Shown one piece after another: positions 57,741 through 64,000 of a stretch of DNA of 64,000 nt. Both the position numbers and the translations under genes were made by a program. The notes below the pieces were generated by a model. The model made no database searches. It was not told the origin of the DNA and was given only the letters and a program-made list of their open reading frames with translations. The stretch's first letter is position 1; each line of letters opens with the position of its first letter. This DNA comes from a virus: positions 32,001 through 96,000 of the IMG/VR virus record IMGVR_UViG_3300042892_003815. One strand, 5' to 3'.

Positions 57741-58199
57741 ATGGAAGATATAACATATCTCTCAGATGATGAGAAAGTTCAAAAATTAGTTTCTGATGTG
57801 AAACATAAGTTTGGTATATTTAGTGTAAGTAATACTTTATTTCCAAAAAATGAAATTAGTGATTCTGAACTTAAATCATTCTTTGAAAAGATTTCAGATA
57901 GAACTACTAAAATTTTAAATGCACCTAGTGGTACATTTAATAAAATTGTAAATGGTCAATTAGAATCATTTACATATACGGTATCAACATTACAGAGTTC
58001 TACATTAGATGACTTGGTAAAGATTGTTATTGATTACTTAAAAGATATCGAAGTTTTTGGTATTTATGATTTGACATATGATCCTAACAGCTCTCGATAT
58101 AATATAAGATTGTATAGTTTTGAAGATGAACTACGTCTAAAATCAATTACACGAGAAAAGAAAATAGATGATTTATTAAATGATAAACCAATTTTCTAA
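57741..58199 (+). CDS. Hypothetical protein with C-terminal REKKIDDLL motif
   Basis: ORF track. Confidence 0.7.
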   Translation: MEDITYLSDDEKVQKLVSDVKHKFGIFSVSNTLFPKNEISDSELKSFFEKISDRTTKILNAPSGTFNKIVNGQLESFTYTVSTLQSSTLDDLVKIVIDYLKDIEVFGIYDLTYDPNSSRYNIRLYSFEDELRLKSITREKKIDDLLNDKPIF

Positions 58200-58203
58200 A
58201 ATA

Positions 58204-58233
58204 AAAAAACCACTCAAATGAGTGGTTTTTTTT
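58204..58233. terminator. Bidirectional intrinsic terminator
   Basis: AAAAAACCACTCA-AA-TGAGTGGTTTTTT. Confidence 0.85.
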
Positions 58234-58235
58234 TA

Positions 58236-58574
58236 TTATGCCTGATCCCCGTTTTCTGGTTTAGCCTTTGGCTTTCTTCTTCTACGTGGCTTAGCTTTAA
58301 CAACAGCCTCTTCAGTTGCAACTACTTCTTTAACTTCTTCAGTTTTTTTAGCAGGTCTTCTTCTTTTTGCCTTAATTTCTTTAGCAGTTACTTTAGTTTC
58401 CTCAGTTTGTACTGGTACTTCTTGTTTCACTACTTCTTTTTTAGTTTCCACAACTTTTGCAGTTGGTACTTCTACTTTTTTAGTTTCCACAACTTTTACA
58501 GCTGGTACTTCTACTTCACAAACTTCTGCTTTTTTACCACCAAAAAGTTCTTGAAAGAATTTAATTAATCCCAT
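58236..58574 (-). CDS. Small basic, low-complexity protein (Lys/Val/Glu-rich; Arg/Lys tail)
   Basis: Amphipathic MGLIKFFQELFGG start; KAKPRRRRKPKAK end; late element at 58597-58604. Confidence 0.7.
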   Translation of the reverse strand: MGLIKFFQELFGGKKAEVCEVEVPAVKVVETKKVEVPTAKVVETKKEVVKQEVPVQTEETKVTAKEIKAKRRRPAKKTEEVKEVVATEEAVVKAKPRRRRKPKAKPENGDQA

Positions 58575-58697
58575 GATATTTATTTATTTTTTTTATTATA
58601 TATTCAATTTATATCTTTCCCTTTGTAAAAAACCTCAAGAAAACGACAAAAACTTCATAAACTAAACAAATACAAGGTTTTTATATATAATAATGAG

Positions 58698-60311
58698 ATG
58701 AAACTTAGATATGATAAAGATAAAGAAGAGTTAGTAGTCACAGAAGCAAGTAGAGTTGAATATCATCAGTTATCACTGTGGTTAACTCGTCATGTTAAAG
58801 GTTGGAGATACCAACCTGCTGTGAAAATGGGAGTATGGGATGGTAAAAAAACATACTTTAGAGATGGTAAAATAAACTTAGGTTTGTGGAAGGAAGCTAT
58901 GCGAGGTTGTAAAGAAATTGACGCACCTTTTATAGTTGAGAATAAAGAAGATTTTCCAATCAATAGAGATGTTACTTTAGAAAAAGTTCAAGACTTCTGT
59001 AAAGACTTCTTTAAAACTCATAAAATGAAGAAAGATGGTGAAATAGTTCCTTTTATGCCATATGACCATCAAATTGAGGCAGCATACAAGATATTAAAGA
59101 ATAGATTTTGTATGGCAGAAGTTGCTACTTCGGGTGGTAAATCTTTAATCATATCAATAGTTATGTTTTACACTCTAAAACATACTGATCCTGATGCAAA
59201 ATTTCTAATAATAGTTCCTTCAATTACTTTAGTTACTCAGTTCTATGATAATATCATAGAGTATAATTATGGTTTAAACAACCTTCTCGAAATGAGAGAA
59301 GGTAAAATTGAAAAATTTGAAGATCTAAATAATGGACATACACCCTGTACTGTTAGAGTAGAAGAAGTAATGTCAGATAGACCAAGAAAGTTCTCTGGTA
59401 CTGAAAATCCTAATGTTTATATTGGTACTTATCAATCTTTGGAAAAGTGGCCTAAGAAGTTCTTTCAACAATTTCACACAATAGCCACAGATGAAGCTCA
59501 CGGGGCCAAGGCAAAAACAATTTCTTCTATTTTAGAAAGTACATTTACCCACGCTTATTGTAGATTTGGAGTATCAGGTACATTCCCAACAGATGATACT
59601 TGTGAAATACTTAATATACAAGCCGTGTTAGGACCTAAAATAACAGAGGTTTCTGCAGATGAATTAAAGAAGAAGGGTATTATTACTCCGATGGAAATAA
59701 AAGCTGTTATAATGAATCATAATGATTTAGAATTTCATGATAGATTGAAGTTGATAAGAAAAAGTGGAGATGGTAAGGCAGCATTTGATTTAGAGAAAGC
59801 TTATGCACATCAATCTGAAAAAAGATTAGTCTTTATTAGAAAGATTGTTGAAAAGTGTACTAATAATACTTTATTATTATTTCATACTATTGAAAATGGT
59901 CAAAGAATATATCAAAAATTAAAAGATGAATTACCTGATAAAGAATTTTACTATATTGATGGTGAGATAAGTGGTAAGAAAAGAGAAGAAATTAAAAAGC
60001 TGATGGAGATAACTTCCGATAAAGTTAAAGTACTTGTAGCTTCTTTTGGAACACTTTCTACTGGAGTAAGTATAAATGCAATCTTTAATGTGATATTTAC
60101 AGACTCATTTAAGTCAGAACAAATTATTATTCAAAGTATTGGCCGTGGACTTCGTTTACATACTGATAAAGATAAAGTAAATATCTTTGATTTAGTTGAT
60201 ATATTCAATCCAAGTGATATGTCTAATATACTTTATAGACATTTTAAAGAAAGAGAAGGATTCTATAATAAAAGAAAATACCCATATAAGATAATAAAAA
60301 TTAATTTGTAA
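58698..60311 (+). CDS. uvsW: SF2 helicase, T4 UvsW-like
   Basis: PYDHQ, VATSGGKS, DEAH, GVSGT, STGVSI, QSIGRGLR. Confidence 0.9.
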   Translation: MKLRYDKDKEELVVTEASRVEYHQLSLWLTRHVKGWRYQPAVKMGVWDGKKTYFRDGKINLGLWKEAMRGCKEIDAPFIVENKEDFPINRDVTLEKVQDFCKDFFKTHKMKKDGEIVPFMPYDHQIEAAYKILKNRFCMAEVATSGGKSLIISIVMFYTLKHTDPDAKFLIIVPSITLVTQFYDNIIEYNYGLNNLLEMREGKIEKFEDLNNGHTPCTVRVEEVMSDRPRKFSGTENPNVYIGTYQSLEKWPKKFFQQFHTIATDEAHGAKAKTISSILESTFTHAYCRFGVSGTFPTDDTCEILNIQAVLGPKITEVSADELKKKGIITPMEIKAVIMNHNDLEFHDRLKLIRKSGDGKAAFDLEKAYAHQSEKRLVFIRKIVEKCTNNTLLLFHTIENGQRIYQKLKDELPDKEFYYIDGEISGKKREEIKKLMEITSDKVKVLVASFGTLSTGVSINAIFNVIFTDSFKSEQIIIQSIGRGLRLHTDKDKVNIFDLVDIFNPSDMSNILYRHFKEREGFYNKRKYPYKIIKINL

Positions 60312-60354
60312 CGACACTATCTTTATATATAATAGATAAAATTTATTATATTTA

Positions 60355-63321
60355 ATGTCAAAAATACAAATTTTTATTGATAATTTTGAGACACTCTCTT
60401 TAGCAAAACTTAACTTTTATACTGGTAAAGTAAGTGAATATAAAACTGCAAGAGCTTCTGCTATTGTAATAACCTTTAATAAAACTTGTTCTTGGCCCTA
60501 TAAGAATACTCCTGATAGTGATGGTGTTTACCGTTCAGATCCCAGTGTAAAAACAGTTGGTGATTTATTTAAGTTTATTTATCCGGATACAGAAGGTGGT
60601 AAAAGATTGTTACCTGGTGGAAATGATCCTACTAGTCTTGGTGATGTTTTTGCAGAGCTTAAGGATCAAGATACTGGTGCAAAACCACTGGAAGATATTC
60701 TAAGTAAAACATATGGTGCTTCAAATCAAGTAAAATTTCTTAATAATCTTAGAAAATATGGTGCACAAAAATGGTTTGATGCATTCATGTCATCCGCACT
60801 TAAATTTTTAAAAGATGAAAAAAAATCAACATCAGATTATAAAACTTCTGATGAATTTTCTGATGACTATAGTGATTTTATTTCAGAATTCGAATATAAT
60901 TATGGTGATATTGCAGATGTTTCAACAAGTTGGATTACTACACTTCCAATTCTTTATGATGCTTTTATTGAAGCAGGTGATAACTATCAAATACCGGCTG
61001 GTGTAGTAGCAGCAACTCAGTCAGGTACTCAATCTGGTACTCAATCCGGTACTCAATCTGCTACTCAATCTAGTGTTCCTAATGTTGAGTATAAAATATC
61101 AGTAAAAGATCCAAAGAGTGATAATGATAAAAAGATAGAAGGTACTCTTAAATTTTCTGAACAAGGAAAAGATAGAATAGCAAAATCAGTATTAAATAAC
61201 CTACCTAATCCATGGAAAAATCCAAAGACTGATAAACAAGTTGATAAAAATGGTACTATTTCATATGATGGTAGACCTCTTAATAATACAGGTAATTTAA
61301 GTGATACCATAATAGCAGATGATGCAATTAGAAATTTAGAAAATCTTATAGATTATTACTGGGGAATAGAATTAAAATTACAGTATACATCATCTGACAC
61401 TTCTTTAGTTTCAGGACCTGAGTCTGGTACTCAATCTGGTACTCAATCTGGTACTCAGTCTTCCGTACCTTTGACCGCAACTCAATCCGGTTTGACTCAA
61501 AGTACTTTTGATGCAACTGGTATAAAAATTAAACTACAAAAGAAAAGTGGTCCTGGTGAACTAATAGGTGAAGTAGAACAAACCGTTAAAGATGGTTTTG
61601 TAAATTTTGCAGGTATTCAATTTGACGCACCTGGTGATTACGTTATTTCAGTAATACCTGATTCAAATCTTGTAGAAACATCAGAGGTTACAATAAAAGT
61701 TTTAGCAGAAGATGATATTATTTCACAAGATAAATCAAGAGGTGGTGAACAAGAACCAAAAGATGTACAAGGAACTCGTCCAATAATTGCACAAATAGAC
61801 AAACCAACCGTTAAACTAAAACCTATTGAGTTTGATGCTTTACAAAATAATGGAGATAATAAAGAGGTTGCAGGTGCTCTTGGATTTACACCATTCTTTT
61901 GGTATTCAGGAGTTCAGATAGATCAACGATATATAAACTCATTAAATTTATATTATGAAGGTCTTGTACCAGTTGTATCTATTGTATTTGTTGATTCGAT
62001 GGGTGTTATGAAAAAAGATGGATTCCCACTTGATGATAGTAAATTTGAAATATTTTTAAACTCGGGATCAAAGAATATAAAGTCGATACATTTAAAGTTT
62101 AAACTAAAGAATTTCCAAGAAAATAAAAGTAAAACTTATACAATAGTTGGTACATTAGATCTTAAAGACTTTTATAAAATAAGATTTCAGAGTTATAAAG
62201 GAACTTCATTTGAGACTTTAAGAAACATATCTAAAGAATTAGAACTAGGATTTAATTCTAATATTACCAATACCTCAGATAGTATGAATTGGGTAAATAA
62301 TGGTAAATTATTTAGAACTTTTATCTCTGATATTATTTCACATTCATATATTTCAGATACAACATTTTTAATTGGATATGTAGACTTTTATTACTGTTTT
62401 AATTATGTAGATATTGAGAAAGAATGGAATAGAGATATATCAAATGATGTTGGTATAAATTCAAAAGGTCTAAATCACCTAAATACAAAAGATGAAAGTG
62501 AAAAAGTTATGAAGTTACAATTGAGTAATGATCTCAGTCAAAATAGTAGTGTATTCTTTTTTAATAAGTATAGAGTAAATAACAATTCAACACAAACCTC
62601 TATTAATAATGGTCATTTTACAGTATCAAAAGTTTATGATAGTATAAAAAAACAATTTTTGGTATTTGATGTTGATTCACAGACATCAGATGGTTCTAAA
62701 AGTATTATATTAAAGGGTGCTCCTTCAGATGATAAAAGTATTAAAGATAACTATCGTACAAGATATTCTGGTAAAATGGATACTGAAAATGTACACAAAC
62801 AATACTATTATTCTGAAACACAGAACAAAGTAAATTTTGATAATATGGCTAGAATTTCTGTTGATTTAGAGCTCCCTAATGCAAATTTCAATTTATATAA
62901 ATTTATGAAGATACAGTTAAACTTTGTAAATATGAAACCCTCTGTTACTAATGATGAGATCTCACAAAAGCGTTTAACAGGTGAGTGGGTTATTATTGAT
63001 ATATCATATACTTGGACACAAGGTAATTTAACTCAAAAAGTTACTGCTGTTAAAAAAGAGCTTAGTAAAACAGATGATGAGTTGAAAAAAGATGCAAATT
63101 CTACACCTGCAAATAAAGAAGTTAACACACAGAATAACGAAAACCCAGTAGTTCCAGGTCAAACACAACCTATATTATCAACTGCAGTACCACCGAATAG
63201 TGTTTATAAAGTAGGCCAGGTATATCTTGTTCAAAATAATTCTGGTAAAACTTTTAAATTGACAATTACTGAGGTTTCTGAAAATGGTAAAGAAGTGAAA
63301 GCAACTATAAAAAATATTTAA
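60355..63321 (+). CDS. Large virion protein (baseplate/hub-like C-half, tentative) with GTQS repeats
   Basis: 988 aa; Ig-like segment (FAGIQFDAPGDYVISV); C-terminal region resembles tail hub proteins; late element upstream. Confidence 0.55.
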   Translation: MSKIQIFIDNFETLSLAKLNFYTGKVSEYKTARASAIVITFNKTCSWPYKNTPDSDGVYRSDPSVKTVGDLFKFIYPDTEGGKRLLPGGNDPTSLGDVFAELKDQDTGAKPLEDILSKTYGASNQVKFLNNLRKYGAQKWFDAFMSSALKFLKDEKKSTSDYKTSDEFSDDYSDFISEFEYNYGDIADVSTSWITTLPILYDAFIEAGDNYQIPAGVVAATQSGTQSGTQSGTQSATQSSVPNVEYKISVKDPKSDNDKKIEGTLKFSEQGKDRIAKSVLNNLPNPWKNPKTDKQVDKNGTISYDGRPLNNTGNLSDTIIADDAIRNLENLIDYYWGIELKLQYTSSDTSLVSGPESGTQSGTQSGTQSSVPLTATQSGLTQSTFDATGIKIKLQKKSGPGELIGEVEQTVKDGFVNFAGIQFDAPGDYVISVIPDSNLVETSEVTIKVLAEDDIISQDKSRGGEQEPKDVQGTRPIIAQIDKPTVKLKPIEFDALQNNGDNKEVAGALGFTPFFWYSGVQIDQRYINSLNLYYEGLVPVVSIVFVDSMGVMKKDGFPLDDSKFEIFLNSGSKNIKSIHLKFKLKNFQENKSKTYTIVGTLDLKDFYKIRFQSYKGTSFETLRNISKELELGFNSNITNTSDSMNWVNNGKLFRTFISDIISHSYISDTTFLIGYVDFYYCFNYVDIEKEWNRDISNDVGINSKGLNHLNTKDESEKVMKLQLSNDLSQNSSVFFFNKYRVNNNSTQTSINNGHFTVSKVYDSIKKQFLVFDVDSQTSDGSKSIILKGAPSDDKSIKDNYRTRYSGKMDTENVHKQYYYSETQNKVNFDNMARISVDLELPNANFNLYKFMKIQLNFVNMKPSVTNDEISQKRLTGEWVIIDISYTWTQGNLTQKVTAVKKELSKTDDELKKDANSTPANKEVNTQNNENPVVPGQTQPILSTAVPPNSVYKVGQVYLVQNNSGKTFKLTITEVSENGKEVKATIKNI

Positions 63322-63327
63322 TGAATA

Positions 63328-64000
63328 ATGTCAAAGATACAAGAGTTTATTGATGCATGGAATACTGCAGTAGATGTAGAGATAGCAGCTGCCCAAAGTG
63401 AGATAGATGCTTACTTAGCAGCTAGACAAACCGCAATTGCACTTACTGATCCCTTTACATTAAAGATGCCTAAAATGAGAGTTTTTGGTATCTCTGATAG
63501 TTTTACAATAGACGGATTTGATGTAACAACATTGGGTCAACTATTTGACTGGTCTTATCCTGCAAATGGACCTAAAAACTATAGTATTGAATATACTAAT
63601 TACAGGTCAAAACCTGAGATTGTAGAAGACTATGTCGATAGAAGGTCTGATGGGGATGGTAATACAATATCTCCAACTTCTTTATATACCGAAGGATATA
63701 CTTACGCAACTATGTCATACTTGGCAGAACAATATGAAACAGGTCTTAGAACACGCCAGGATTTATACAATATATTAAAATTTAAAGATTCTAGCTTTGT
63801 CAAATTAGAGGCATCAAAAAAACTAAAAAACTTAGGAGGTAAAGCTTGGTTTGATTCTTGGATGCATTCTCTATATAGAGTTATATATAATACAAAAATA
63901 TCTGTATCAAATTTAAAATATAAGGACTACTCTGATATTTTTATGAGAATTGAAGATGAGTTAAGAGATGACTACTTAAAAGGTTATTATGATGAAGGTA
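63328..64000 (+). CDS. Paralog of the 60355 N-terminal domain, truncated by the window end (not in ORF track)
   Basis: Hand translation MSKIQEFIDAW... is open to 64000; shares TLGQLFDWSYP and KAWFDSWM with TVGDLFKFIYP and QKWFDAFM. Confidence 0.75.
   Translation, partial: MSKIQEFIDAWNTAVDVEIAAAQSEIDAYLAARQTAIALTDPFTLKMPKMRVFGISDSFTIDGFDVTTLGQLFDWSYPANGPKNYSIEYTNYRSKPEIVEDYVDRRSDGDGNTISPTSLYTEGYTYATMSYLAEQYETGLRTRQDLYNILKFKDSSFVKLEASKKLKNLGGKAWFDSWMHSLYRVIYNTKISVSNLKYKDYSDIFMRIEDELRDDYLKGYYDEG

Noticed and set aside
1-64000. Stop-codon reassignment as in some huge phages
   Set aside because: Core genes are full length in code 11, gene density is high, and both TAG and TGA end genes (e.g. 29763, 33207, 15637).
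1-64000. tRNA genes
   Set aside because: No cloverleaf with a GTTCRA T-loop was found in intergenic gaps; the only tRNA-like element is the tmRNA.

Overview
The window is a 64 kb, very AT-rich (roughly 25-30% GC by eye), gene-dense segment of a large T4-like (myovirus, jumbo/huge-phage type) genome read in the standard genetic code. It carries divergent homologues of T4 core genes: portal gp20, prohead protease gp21 fused to a repetitive scaffold, major capsid gp23, gp2, gp4, gp15, gp25, late sigma gp55, clamp loader, probable clamp, the C-terminal half of a split PolB, primase, UvsW and UvsY. Host-like genes include RNase R, ClpP, IF3, an M42 peptidase, a Dam-like methylase and a tmRNA gene. 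A Bacteroidetes/Flavobacteria host is inferred from TAnnTTTG promoters, SD-less leaders, the tmRNA resume context and a Bacteroidetes-type lipoprotein. The two main observations are (1) about 18 unrelated proteins, many of them enzymes (SET methyltransferase, nucleotidyltransferase, HADs, GNAT-like, zincin, nuclease, cysteine hydrolase, NFACT-R), sharing an N-terminal motif resembling the T4 capsid-targeting sequence, which suggests a large virion-packaged enzyme payload, and (2) a dispersed phage-encoded ribosome-rescue/quality-control set (tmRNA with an unusually long tag, RNase R, ClpP, NFACT-R, IF3). Other points: an MCP paralog, a degenerate protease paralog, a 2H phosphoesterase, a NADAR, a small sequon-rich lipoprotein missed by the ORF track, and three promoter classes. 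All protein-family calls come from motif recognition by eye; no database searches were run.
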